Shown here: positions 1-13,349 of the stretch, one piece after another
Layout of the letters: the number at the start of each line of letters is the position of its first letter
Position numbering within the stretch: the first letter of the stretch is position 1
Program-made: the position numbers and the translations under genes
From: Klebsormidium nitens
Taxonomy: Eukaryota; Plantae; Klebsormidiophyceae
Direction of reading: 5' to 3'
DNA length: 64,000 nt
Assembly: GCA_000708835.1 (NCBI GenBank)
Contig: DF236958.1
Location: 124,001 to 188,000, forward strand
Notes under the pieces: model-generated
Told to the model about the DNA's origin: nothing
Seen by the model: the letters and a program-made list of their open reading frames with translations, nothing else
Database searches by the model: none

Positions 1-574
1 GGTCCCTTGGCTTTTAACTTGGGCCCGCCTTTTGTGGAGGGGAAAAGGTACTCCAGTGTGGTTCCCTGGGAAGTGACCGGTTGCTCAAAGTGAAGGCTGA
101 ATGTCATGCGACCGTCGAGCATACTGGCGACGGTTACTTGGGTCCTTCGCGTTTTTGTACCCTAAAGCTACTCCCCACTGTCCCCAGCGTGGTACAAAGG
201 TCATTCAGCGTGTGTTTGTATTTACAGTAGTGCCCCGGGTGCCAATCTACTGGGTTTCTGCTCAGGCCGAGCTTGCACTGCTTTGAGCTGACCGTCGCTT
301 CGCCGGGGCCCTGCGTTCAACCACTGAGTTCTTAGCACGTCTGCGTGAATGCAGAGTTGGCCCCTAAACATACCTAATAGAATGAAGCTGGCTGGATGAT
401 TGTAGAACCCTGAAGATACTACTACGGTAGTACAGGCTTCGTCTCCCAAGGTAGAATACAGAGTTACTACTCATGTACATGCACGTGAGAGCGCAATCGC
501 TGACGTCACATGTCGTCTTCCGAGTCAACTCGTGGGTAACACATGATGCACTGTCTTCTTTTCTGCCACTGCCA

Positions 575-872
575 CATCACAAACTTGGCCCCCCGACGAA
601 CTGGCGCCTTAAAGGCGCCAATTCGGTTTGCTCCAAATAGGCAACAAAGATTACAACACTTTGACACAACAAAGGCACCAAAAATGCTTCGAGGGACTAA
701 GTGACGCCCAATTGACGCGTGCCTTTCGGACGTCAAATATGCTTCAGGTCCAATCTGGTGTTCTTTTGGTGTCACTTTGGAGACTGATGGGCGGAAAACA
801 TTACAACAGTTTGGTATGGGCATTGGTGGTGCCTTTTAGGCGCCAATCTGTCGGGGGGGGGAGTTTGTGATG
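575..872. mobile_element. MITE-like non-autonomous element (~300 bp) with ~45-bp imperfect terminal inverted repeats
   Basis: Left end 575-619 is catcacaaacttggccccccgacgaactggcgccttaaaggcgcc. The reverse complement of right end 828-872 is catcacaaact-cccccccc-gacagattggcgcctaaaaggcacc. There is no coding capacity. A 2-bp AT target duplication is possible if the ends are 578/869. Confidence 0.7.
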
Positions 873-1322
873 CAAGCCTCATCATGTCACATGTGACTGG
901 AGGTTCAGGCATATGGCAAAAAGAAGCATGCTTGGCAAAAAACAATACCGACAATGGACTCACATAGTGAGGCAATTCTGCAGGCCAGCAAGTTGGTGCA
1001 ACATACTGCAATCACACACAGACTGCTGGCGTGCAGAGTGCAATCTCAGGAGTCTTACACTCTTCTCAAGTCACGGCATTGCCTCTTCCAATGCAGCATT
1101 GCCTGCCTCCTCAACACAGGGCAGACTGTCACAAAGATCGCTCTCAGGGCACCAAACGATTGGCGCAAGGAACATTCTTGCTCCTATAAGGGAGACGCAA
1201 TACTGTTCCAACCACGTTTGGATTCTGCTAACGTCTGCTCCTTCTCGTTTCTCTTGCCCATGGATTGGCACAGTTCCCTGCATTGACCCAATTTGCTAAG
1301 ACCAGTTTTTTTGGGGGCCACA

Positions 1323-4300
1323 ATGGAGTCTTACTACAGCACGTGGCAGCAACCCCAGAGCGGCGCACCCCCGAAAGTCGAGATCACCTCGCCGGCGGGC
1401 GCCTGGCCTCGCAATCCCGTTTGGCATAACGTTAATCCAGATGAAACCCCGCGACAAGTTTCCGGGGGGCGGTCCAGCGGAAACGCTTACGTATGGTCCC
1501 CCCCCACCAGCCCGGCCTGCATCTACCGGGAGAGTCCCCGGCTAGAAAGTTATGCGAGCCCGACGTCGCCTTCCTGGGGGGGTCACCCGCAGGTTTATGA
1601 TCAGGGGGGGGTTGCGGCGCAGCCATTTTATCCCCCGTCAAAGGCAATCCCGATCCGGTCGCCAAACCACCGGCCAGTGACGTCGCCCGTGACGTCACCC
1701 ATCTCTCCGATGTCCCCCGCCTCTCCTGAGGCGTTCTCGCCGATCTACGGCCGCGGGCCGCCGAAGCCCAGCTACAACTGGGGCGTGCATGCAGAGGGGG
1801 GGCAAATTCGCCCCTGTAACTGGGGGGAGGAGCAGATGTCGAGCCAGAATCGGAGCAGGAGAGAACAGCCCACGTCTCCGCAGATGTACTATTCTCCGAT
1901 GCTGTCTCCGCAAAGGGTTTCCGAGCGGAGTAATAGGGCAGCGTATTTTGGCTGGGATGGGGTTTTGGCGTCGGAAGGATCGGTGGTGAGCCCGAGGAGC
2001 GGCGTGGCTAGCCCTCGAATGGTGGAAGTTATCAAGGTCAATGAAAGCAAGCCTGGGAAGGTAGGTTGGCAAAATTATGCTCCGCGGTTCTACCTAGGTC
2101 TTGGCGCTCTTGAGGCCTTGGACGGTTCGCTTAACCGGTACATGTTAGCCGATATGCCCCTGTGTTCATTAGGAAGAAATCCTGCTCGTTTGACTGGCGA
2201 GAAAGATTTTTGGACTGCGCTTTCTCTCGAGCTGTTCAGCAGAAACTTCGAAGTATGTTGATGGCCTTTGGAGCTTAACTGCTCCAAAGGCCATAATCGT
2301 AGGTGTTATAATTGTACTGGACACATCAACAGTTGCACGCATCAAAGCAAGAATAACGAAACGGTGCAAGTTTGCAACCAATCAAAGCGTAACCAAAGTA
2401 GATACGGATTACTCTGATGGAGATCTGAGAAATAGCTTGCAACCGTACTGCCATTAAGCAGCCGATGCGTGACCTTGAGGTCAGCACCACCTTTGGGACT
2501 GCAGCCGTCATTTCAAATATCGAGAATACGAACTGTTACGTGGTCCAGAAAATGGAGCCCCCTTCGGCTACTCATCGTGCTGAGGCCATGTAGATGCACC
2601 AAGTTTAGTAGTTGCTTCTTCTGATCGCTGCCACGTGTCCTGCAACAGGAGTCCGAGAAGGCCCTTCCGGTGGATCCGTTTGGTATGACCGGAGAGGCGG
2701 AAGAGATGACGGACGTCGGAATCAAGGCGCTTAAGGCACGCAAAAAGTCATTCGAAGTAAGCGCGATCCTTTGTTGTTCCTGCTGGTAACTGGGCGTCGT
2801 CTGTAAGATGCTGCATGTTCTTATCAAAACCAAGGCGGAAGAGCTTGCAAGTCACCGTTCTGCCCAATTGGGCGTCTTGTAAAGATGCTGCATGTTCATG
2901 TTGGAAGCAAGGCGGAACAGCTTGCAAAGCTAAAAGAGGGAAAAGCTTACATGGTTCGCGTACTCTGGTCTGCTTCATGAATCGACAGCATTAGAGAGTC
3001 CTTGGTCAAGAAGCGACGGTCACACGAGAGCGTTGCTGCGACACACGCAGACAGAACCCACGCCTCGCCCCTTCTTAACGTCGCATGTCGTATAGGACGA
3101 CGGCACGGTGGAAGAGCAGGGCAGCAAGATCCACCCCTGACACGTATTGGCAACGGAATTGTTCACTAAACAGACTGTTGAATGTTCATTAACATTTAGA
3201 AGCTCCGGGCACACAAACTAGAAAGCCTAAACTAGAACATCACGCGCTTTGCACCTTTTCCACCGAACCACCATTCTAACCCTACCCGTCCCTCGGGTGC
3301 CGATGTTAGTGAACACTTGGTTTGAGAACAATCCCGTTGCCAAAACCCCTCTGAAACCAGAACCTTCCAAACCTGCAGGCTTCCGAGTCGGTCATTGAGA
3401 AGGGCTGCATGCTCGTCGAGTTGCTCCTGGACAGGTGAGAGCCGCTTATCAATAACAAGACTTTACTCGACATTGAAAGTCACAAGCAGCCGAAAGGCGT
3501 AGCAAAAGCTTTCTATCATGGAAGACGTCAAGTTTTGTTGTGTGGCAAAGCGACGCGATCGGCCCCGAACCACAACCTTCCAAACGCGCACAGAACAGGG
3601 TATGCCCAGGACGACCGGTTCGAGTGACGCCATTGATTCGCGGCTGTGCGAGATTGGACTTTGCCACGCACATACTCGAGAAAGCCTTCAAACGCTTCAA
3701 ATATCGTTTGATTCGCGTTTAGCACATTTACTATGTCGATTCCGCCAGCTTACACTTGAACACACCGATTCTCTTTTCGATTGTCCAGATCAGACGGAAT
3801 CAAGCAAGGACTCGGACTCTTCGCGTCCCGATGTCCTTGATAATGTTCTGACTGATTACCGTCGTTCTTCACCCCTTCAATGTATTGCGAAGCGATGTAT
3901 CAGGGAAACCAGTCGAGAAACACCGACAACGGTACCGTCTCTAATCCAGATTCTCATATCATTCTCGTTGCAGGGTTTCGTCGCCGTCCACTGTTTGCAG
4001 TTCAGTATCGCGTTTGGTCGCGCAAAGGTGAGAATGTGGTGGTCACTAGACAGACGCCACTCAGCAACATTACCACTCATAGTTAGCCGTTGTGGTGCGC
4101 TCTTTCCAAAAGGGTTCTCGTGACCATGCCCTTCACACCTCCATTCTTTCGCCTTAACGGGACCCCGTATGATTGCTTTTGGTAGTGTTCTGCACCTGTC
4201 GCGAACGTGCCGCAGCAATACTCTGCGTTACAGACTCTCGACCGAGAGCGGCGTTCTATTAAAATCCTATCGTTTCCTTCAAATCAGTCCTTCTCTCTAC

Positions 4301-6856
4301 TAACCCTTCCTAACCCGCTCCCTAACCGCAGGGTTCCGTTGGGCGGCGCTCTCCCTGCTCTGCTCGAGGCCTTCGCCGAGCGGCGCTTTTCGGACGGCGA
4401 ACTTTTCTTCGAGCACGCGCTGGCCGCCAGCTGGCAGCGTCCGGATGTCGAGCGGCGCTGTTTGGCGGACGCCGTTTTGGCGTTTCTGGACGTCCGGGTC
4501 ATGAACTGCGGCCACGTGTACACGGGCACGCTCAAGATCACGGAGCGCGAGTTCGGCGACCAGGCGCGCGGCGCCGCGCCGGGGGAGGTCGCCAAGTCGC
4601 ATGCGCATAAGACAGGAGAGTTCCTGACGCGGATTTTTATGGGGTGAGCGGTGCAATCCTTACATCCAAGCCGTTCTGTCCTCACCCTTTACGCAATGGT
4701 CGAGGCTGGTGGCAATTGCCAGCATCGCGATGTTTCTGAATCGAACCGTGATTATTCCGCGTCGTTCAAGCTCCTCATTTCCCTGCAGACCTTATTTGCA
4801 ACCTGGCTTCACGCCTTTTGTCTGTCTCATAGCCAGATCAACATTTGCGATGAACAAACTATCCATCAAGGCGGCAAGATTTTCAAATTCAAGTTCGTGA
4901 CGCGAATCTAATGATCTCCCCGCTTCTGATCGCCAGGCACAAGGGCCCCGGCCCGGCGCTGGTGGAGCTCATGTTCGAGAAGATGCCACGTGTCGGCGTG
5001 CGACGCGACCTCGTCGCCGGGGTTTTCCACGAGGTACTGGCCAAGAGCCGTAAGAAGGTTGCCAAAGTGCACTACGCACAAAGCTCGGGCGTCGCGCGCT
5101 GGTGGAAGGGGTTGGCCACCGGGGGTGACGTCAGCTTCGAGGAGTGGCTGGACCGCGATCTCGGCATGGTGAGCATTTGACGGGTCCCCCAACGTGTGGA
5201 GTTTTTACTAACTTGTATCTGTGTTTTGAGACGGGCTTCAAACGAAATAATTGTTGCGTTATCTCACATCGACCTCCCAAACAGAGTCAAAACACGTGTC
5301 TGTTTCATGTCAAGCATTCCGAGGTTTCTCGTGACGTTCTTCATTGCCACCCCGCTCCTTGTCGCCAACAAGAAGACCTTATTTTGAACCACGTGAAAGA
5401 ACAGACTTCAAGAAAGGAGCAAGGACTGTCAGATAAGCCCATTGCGAAAGTTTTGGGAAGCCGTTCCAAGGTATGTACAGGTACTCCAAATTGAATTCCG
5501 GCAAAGCCTTGACCGTTCCTTTCCGGTGCCGTCCAGACCGTTGCGGAGGTCCTTCCGGAGGACGGCGGCCCCAAGGGCCAGCAGCGGAAGCAGGCGGCCG
5601 CGGCCGCGGGCCTCGCGCGCTCGCGCAGCTTACCGCATGAAGCGCGCGCGATGTCGCCCCCGGCGACCGCGCAGCGCCCCAACGACCGCCCAATGTCGCC
5701 GCCTGTGCCGCCGCGGCCGCACGAGCGCCCGATGTCGCCTCCCATGCCGCGGCAGAATGACCGCGCGGCCGCGCAAAACGCGCGGGGTTTAACACGCGGC
5801 GCGGCCGGCCTGGACCGCACGTGGTCTGCGCCGACGGACATGGCCAAAATGGAGGGCGGCCAGGAGGTACGGTTGAGATTCTCGATGCAGCAGATAGAAT
5901 GGTTTGGATATTCAGGAGGATAGAAGGGCTGGACGCGAGAGTGGAAGGTCAAATGAAAGCTACCGGGGTTTGCGGAAGCAGAGTGAACATCACCAGGTTA
6001 ACGGTGTGAAGCAAATAGTCGGATAATTACGCGCGCGGCTCTCAGAGGCTTTCCTGAAAGAGGCCAAAAGATCGCAGGCTGGCGCGTTTCTCCTCTGTTC
6101 TTCTGCCAGCCACGATGATACATCTTGAACGTTAGGGACAGTCTCCACTAGAATTTCGCTTTGAGGGCTTCTTAAAGATCGAATTTCCGCTGCCTGGTTT
6201 CAATCAATGCAGCGTGGACAGTCCAACGGAAGTGACGGGCTAGCAGCAACATCAAGCCCTTATAGAAGTTTGAAATTCTCTTCAAGGAACGTGCTGGCGA
6301 CACCAGCGTCCCCAGATTGCTTAGGCAAAGCGACTGATCAAGTCTGGCGGATCCACTTGGCGTTCCTTACGCTGATCGCATTATTCTCCGTTCCGCTCAG
6401 GCTCCCCGGGTTCCGCCCGAAGACGCCACGGTCTCCATCACCGCGGTCCTGAGCGAGGAAGGGCACGTGACCTGGCTCTCGCCCCGGAAGGACGAACGGA
6501 GTGCCCGGTACGATCAACCGGTCTCTTCGCAAAGGGGAGAAACTCGCCCCGTCCGGTCACAGCTGACCGCGGCGATCGCCACTGATCGGAACAACGGAAC
6601 CCCTCGGGAGAAGCGCGTTAGTGCCACCAAGCAGTCGGGCCAAGCCCACTGGGGGCCGAATATGAGTCAGGTTGCGTCCCCCCGCCAGGACACCGTTCCG
6701 GTTGGACAGCTTGGGATTCCGGCGGAAGCCAGGGTTGACGAGGACGAGTGGCGTCGGGTGACGAGCGAACTGAAGCGGATCGTCAGTCTCGGCCCGGGGC
6801 CGGAACGATTGAGGGAGATCGCGGAAGTAATCCTAGATTCCGCTGCGCAATCGTAG
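1323..6856 (+). CDS. Uncharacterised ~743-aa protein: Ser-Pro-rich disordered N-terminus, predicted helical core, Pro-rich C-terminal region
   Basis: Seven phase-consistent GT-AG exons: 1323-2060, 2649-2756, 3379-3434, 4332-4643, 4937-5168, 5537-5866, 6401-6856 (2232 nt, stop TAG). Exons are GC-rich relative to the introns. No family recognised. Confidence 0.7.
2791..2927. repeat. Diverged tandem duplication (~60-bp unit, 78-bp period) in intron 2 of the orphan gene
   Basis: tgggcgtcgtctgtaagatgctgcatgttc...caaggcggaagagcttgcaa (2791-2850) matches tgggcgtcttgtaaagatgctgcatgttc...caaggcggaacagcttgcaa (2869-2927). Confidence 0.8.
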
Positions 6857-9093
6857 AGATTCCGCTGCAGAAGCGTGGCGGATCTTGCGAGGGTTTTGCG
6901 GAATGGGCTTTGCTGAGGGTTCCTTGCACGGGTATGAAAACCAAGCAGCCTGAAAGGCTTTGCGAATTGAGGCTAAGTGGACACTTCTTACGAGGAAGAT
7001 GTTTCTAGGTGGATTAGCATAAAAGGTAGAAATTAGAACAGGCTCTGAGATTACGTACCTTGTTTGTTAGGCTGTTGTTGTTTTTTGGTATACATGTTGA
7101 AATTATTCGAGGGATCAGTAACCCATTTTCTCCCTTGATACTGGGTTGCTCGGTCGGACAGGTGTACGGTTGGCTCAGTCGTAGACGACCCATCTGAGCT
7201 TGCTACACCCTTAGAACCTTTGTGGGCGGACGGCAGAGAGTCAAGCACGCGGTTTACAGAATAAAGTTTGAAGCAAGCAAAAGCAGAGGACTGTAGTCGC
7301 AATCATAGGATACTGACGATCGCGCGCAAGAAGCACACAGACTGCTCGCAAATAAATGAGCGAGGACGATAATAAACAGTTATGGATTTAGAGATCATAG
7401 CGCGCGATTGTTTAGCGCCAGAAGACACATGCCCATAGACGATTTGTGACCTTGATGAAGAATGGGTGCAGAGGAAAGTGCGTTGCAGCTTCCTCCAGAT
7501 CGACCACGACTTCGTGGCAATAACGTACGAACCAGCGTCACGTTGTGCTCTCTTGCCAGATATGTATCTTTATTGCATTGTGAAAAGTACGTTACAATCG
7601 TATAGAACGTATTCGATTGCTTACGTTTGTTCTGCTCACGAAGGAAATTGTGGAGCTCACTCATGTCGAAAGTACAGTGGGCCAGTCAAGTATTTTCAAT
7701 TGCTATCCTCGCCTGTGTTGTGTCACTTTCCTCTCTTGACGCGTCGGCTGGCTTTCCCCTGTGCATTGGCTAGGGTCAGCCTGAAAATTCAGGGTGAATC
7801 CTTTGAAACAGTTGCATAAGCATCTTTGAATCTAAAAATGTACGCTTCCTCAAAAGTGCGCGATGGAAACGTCGATTCTAGACGTCACGTCGGCATGGTG
7901 ACGTACGCCCGTCCATATTGTCCTCTCCCTCGGGACCTTGTCAGGATTCGCAATTCGGTACAAGAGAATCTAATATTCAAATTTCGCTACCGGGAGTCTG
8001 TCGTCCATGTCTCGGCGAAAACGCCGTTTGAGAGGGTCTCGATCGAAAAAGGATGCGTTGACGCTAAATTAATTCGTGTCATTACATGCATGCCGATCTT
8101 CAACCTATCATGGACTCACAGACTTCTCGCGCTGCAACGTCCAGCTTTCGCTGACAAAGACGGAGGCTAAAAACGTTGAAGACTTGTGCGAGATGGCCGG
8201 ACGGCTTCCCCGCCAGAATCTCAGGTGAGCGACACTGTTATACTACGTGGATCTACGTGCGCTCTGGTCCGCCAACACACTGCTGGAGAGTCACCTGTGA
8301 CTGCCGACGTTCCCCAACTCCGATCTCACAGGCATTTTTGGCCGCTAACGTCCAGGCTCTTAACCCGACTCGATCTCGGATGATTAAAAAAATATCCGGT
8401 GTTTAACCTTGCTCCAAGGCTGGTTACCGCCCAAGCCTGGTTTTTTGGACGTATAAACACTCCTTGCCCGGCCCATAACCATCCACGGTTAACTGCGAAA
8501 GGTGCCTGTGCGATCTGACAAGCTCGTCGCGCGCGGTCACATCAATCTGACCGGTAAGCTGGGCACTTTTCTGGACGCACTGGCCAGCGCAACTCTATGC
8601 AGCAGCCCAGTCCCGTCAAGTGACGCAGAGCAAAGTGGGAAGTGCGTGGCATAGTCATTTCAAAAGACGAGGGAGCGTGGCACTTTTAAGGAGTTTTTGA
8701 TGTGATGGTTGGTTCTGATTGAAACTTTGGTGAACAGAGAGCCCGAAATGTGTTCGAAGCTTGTCTGTTTGAAGACGCCGGAAACCTCAAACAGCATGAG
8801 ACAGGTAGTGACCAACGGGCAAGAAGCGTCCTTTGGCTAGCTCAGTTTGGTCTTTTCTTCTCGGACACATAAGTAGCGCCAAAAGCTGGGGGGGCTCCGA
8901 TTCTTCACGTTCTGCGCTGCTGATTCTTTCGCTAGTCTCTCTCTCTCTTGCTGCGGGTCTGTGAGGAGGTGACAGGACCAAAAAGTTAGAACAACCAGGT
9001 CTAGACTAGGGGTCTGAGACGAGTGTAGCTGCCAGCTAGTGGACCCTCATCTTGCTTAACACTCTTGTTGTAACTAGAACTTGTGGCTAAGAA

Positions 9094-11830
9094 ATGGACG
9101 CTCTCAGATTACTCACCCAGGTCTGCTTTATCTGTATGCTCATGTTTTGGGGGCTCTACTTCTTTGGTTTCCAGGATCCGCTCAACCAGATCATGTTGCT
9201 CAGGCTGAGCGAACTCGAGCAATCTGTCGCCGAAACCCGTGCCTCACAATCCGCAAGCGCGGTTCATGTTCTCCTTGCTCTTTCGGGAGAGGGTGCTGAC
9301 GTCAAGCCTGCTAGGCGCTGGGGGTATGATGACGTCAGCGCCGAGCTTGTAGAAGCGCTCCCGCGGGAATATAAGTGAGTACAGCCTCCTGAACATGAGC
9401 ATCTGATATTTTCCTGCTTTCCGTCCTGATATTGCCTCCCTCCCAGACTTTTGAAGGTATTGCTGATTGGCAATCAAAAGAGGGCATTGACGGTTTGCGC
9501 TGACAATCCTAGAAAATCAGGGTTTTGCAACGGTTCTTGGCAGGGTCAGCCTCTAAGTCTTCTCAGGTTCAAAATCATTGCCGTTGCTTTGTTTATGGCA
9601 GAAGGAAATTGTCGCTCTGCACTTCGGGGTTTGGGTAGGTTAGCAAAAACCCTGTAAAGGGCTGAGTTGTCTGAAGAGAAGAGGCAAATCTTGACCTTAT
9701 ACCCCTTCAAAAATCATGCAGCCCTCCTGCATTTTCTCTTTACAAGCGCATTAACGGCAACACTGATTCAAGCTCTTCTTAAGAATGACCGCGGCCAACG
9801 AACCCTGTCCTTCCGGCACAGTCGGAAGGTCACGTCAAGTGGAGTTTTCTTGTCGGCTTCCATTGGACCTTTCGGGTACTTTATGCTTGCTCCTGATCGG
9901 CCTTAGCTTTTCACACAGCCGAGCAGGACATGCGTTGGTCCGGTCCGGGAGCAAAGAAAAGTGAATTGATCTTTTGTAGAACATCATCAAACGTCGACCG
10001 TTTGTCTAACCCAAACGTACCCTCCCGGTCACAGGTTTGTTTCCCTTCCTCTCGACGATTTAAATGAGGAGTTTCTCGCCGGCCGTGCCACGCTGTTCAT
10101 CCTGACGTTCCGGCAAGGCGCCACGAATACCTTGAACGGAATGGGCGGAACGGAGTGCCAGCCCAATATGCGCGTCCTCGAGTGGCTGGACGAAGAGTGG
10201 TGCAACCAGCTCTTCAACCTGCTGCATAAGGCGACGTTCGACCCGGCGGAATGTGGGGGGCTGACGGGATGGGACAAGTAAGTCGGTTGCGTCGAACGTC
10301 TGCTGTTCTGCGACACTGAGAAGTTTGCAAGTGAATCGATATGTTTCGCTCCTGCCGTGAAGCCTGCCATCGGGTTCCCAAATGCTCCTATCAGGGTTAA
10401 GGATTTAAACCGTTCGATCACCGACAAGGTTGGCATCGGAAGGCTCAAGATCAGGAAGCGGGCTCAAAGCGTTTGGAAAACAATGGCAGTTGTACGCAAA
10501 CAGCTGTACACAAACCGCGGCGCTCCAATCCACATTTGAGCCGATGCCGATATTGATCCGGATATTTGAATTGCAGGACTCCCATCCTCAATGCAGTGGT
10601 CACTGGTTAACGAAAGGCTGGTGACCTCTCACAATCGAGGTCCTCACTTTGCCTTGCGGCAGTCTACTCGAGGTGTTCAAGACTATTCCTTCAGTCTTTC
10701 ATAGGAGTTCTGCATATGCACGCGGAGGCAGCATTCAGAACTTGACTTATTAATTTGTCAAAGGGAAATTATCACTGATACAAGTCATGGAATTAGTTCT
10801 CTCTATGTCAAGCCGCAACTTCCACCCCCCCCGTATTTGACAGCCGGCCAGGGAATCTATTGTATCAGTCAAGGCGCTCGTTCTTTCTGTCCTTCAATCT
10901 CCGATGCGAAGCAGTGCGCGCAGGCCGTAAGGGAACGGCAAAAGCCCCGCGCGAGACTGGACACGATCCGAGAACTGACCTCCGTCTTCTTTTGCACGTC
11001 CTCAACGCAGCCCCTTCTGGGAAACTCTCGACTGCCTACCGTGGATCTTCTCCTATTCGTACGAGCAAAACTGCCGCGAGCTGCCGGACCCAATCCGGGC
11101 CCGACTGGAGCGCGCGTTTGCGCGCGCACGGCTCGTCAGCGGCCACTTCTCGTACGGCATCCACTCGGTCGGCCACCGCGGCGCCTTTGCTTACGTCACC
11201 ACGCTGCAGGACCCGGTGTCACGTGTCGTCAGCTGGTGGAACTGGAGCATACAAATGGGGAAGGTGCGCGCGCGCGCGCCCGCGGCCGCGGCGTTCGACG
11301 ACTTCGTGTGGGACGACGGGTTTCCCATCGGCGGTTTCCAAAAGAGCAATCATATGACGCGCGTTTTATGCAACCAAGGCACCGGGCTCATAGGAGGCGT
11401 CCAGTTGTTCGGCGAGAGTGTGAAGGAGGACACACCGCTTGCGCGGCTTGCCGAAGTGACTCTGGAGCATTACGAGTGTGCTTTGAAGAATCTGCAAAGC
11501 TTCGCACTTGTGTTCGATGGGGAAAGGAACGCCGAAGTTGAGGCCTTGACTCCTCTCATCTCTCGTCTGTTCAACGCGGAAATCGCTGTGGGTCCTGTCA
11601 AAGGCACCGACTTAAACCCTACCTGGCTTGACGAAAGCGCAGGAATGGTAGTGCGCACTCGATTATCAGAGGCTACCGCAGCGAAGCTGATTGATCTGAA
11701 CAAGTGGGATGCTTTGCTGTACGACCAGGCACGCAGGTTACACGAGATTTCCGTGGCAAGGTTGAGGGACTTGGAGTGGAATTGGCTCTTAGATGACGAA
11801 GGGGCTCTGCTTTCTGTTTATGGGGAGTAG
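9094..11830 (+). CDS. Type II membrane sulfotransferase-family-like protein (~462 aa)
   Basis: Exons 9094-9374, 9784-9828, 10035-10277, 11011-11830 (1389 nt, phases consistent). N-terminal TM anchor LLTQVCFICMLMFWGLYFFGF. Motifs LVSGHFSYGIH, YVTTLQDPVSRVVSWWNW (3'-PB-like, cf. LRDPxxRxxS) and NHMTRVL are typical of sulfotransferase family proteins. Confidence 0.7.
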
Positions 11831-13349
11831 GTTCAAGAGTAGTGGGTCCTAGCAAGAAAAGTGCGGGATTTTCGACACAAGGTCTCAGTAGCGAGGTTGA
11901 GAAACTTAGGTTAGGTTGGCTTTAGATTCCAAAGGGTCTCTGCTTTATGTTAAAACATAACATCAAGGAACTGGGTCTTGAGGATAAATGTGTGGAAGCG
12001 TTGAATAAGGAGTGCGCCACGTATTGCTCAACATATGCGCGGCGCTCTTGGCTTCAAGTTTGTTTACCACAGTAAGGCTGTCGCGAACACCATGTCCATT
12101 TGCCTAAGTCGAACGGCTAAATGCTGGAGTGGTGAATTGTAACAGGTCACCTGACCCGTATAATCACCTGATACCTGATCCGAGGAGACGCCACGCACCC
12201 AATGCGCATTCAATGCGCAGCTAGAGTCCAAACTCCTGCCACCATCGGTTCCAACTGCGAACAAAGCGTATCCTTCCTGTTGGAAGTCAGCTTTCATTCT
12301 GGGAGTCAACTCGAGTTCTCAAGAGCGTATATATCATATCCGGTGGGATTTTGAGATTCTTAGTGTTCGAATCTACCTATGACGCCGTCCGCTTTTATTA
12401 CCCTGTTTAAGAACCCAGATAATTAGCACGACTAGCTGTAGGACATGGAACGGCTGAATATGTGGGCTGGAATCCGGTGAAACTCCGGCCGTAACGCTCC
12501 AAGTGCTTTCGTCTCTTTTTCTTGCACTTTTCGAAGTTACGGAGAATGATGATTTGAGAATGGGGCCGAAACGAAGATGCAGGATCAGGAATTGGCACCG
12601 AAACAAGGGGCGTGCTACATGATTACGGAGAGTTGCGCCAGCCTCTGTCAAATCGACTTGTCTTACTCCTACCCGGCGCTAGCTGGAGGAACTTTCGGGA
12701 GACATATCATGTGGCATGTCAACACATTCAAAAATGACTAGGCCGGTCCAGTGTTGCAAAGAAAATGAACGATAATGAGGGGTCACAATTGGCGCCGAAC
12801 GTCACCACATGACAGAACTTGGAGGGGCCAAGAGGCTGCGCCCCGCAGCTACTAGTGGGCAAATTTCAAGCCTTGGGCAGAGAGCCCAACGTATTTGGCG
12901 GAAGCGACTAATTAAGTCGACAGCCTGTAGCAGACTGGTTTGACATGCGACTTGATGCTGATCATGAGCACAGCAGATCGAGAGATGACGACTAGGACCG
13001 GAATCAACACCAGCCCGGGTGCTCGGGGATCCATTCTACCTTAGTGACGGGCCATGCCAGGCCCATGCCAGGCTCCCCGAGCTGACGTATCAAACGCAAG
13101 CTGCGGCCGCGCATTCCCGGCCGCCGGCCGCGACAGTCCGGAGATGCGGCGAACGCGGCCGCGCGGGGCACCTGGCTGATCGCCTGAGGCGCGGCGCCAC
13201 TCACCTGTCTGTACGTACCCTCTAGCTCGGGCATAGATTTGTATTAGGGAGGTATTTGTTTCTGCCAGTGGCAGGAGACGGGGCGCCTTCGCAGCCACCT
13301 TCTGGCTTCCCAAGGGTAAGGTATATGAGGAGACGCGGAGCATAATTCC

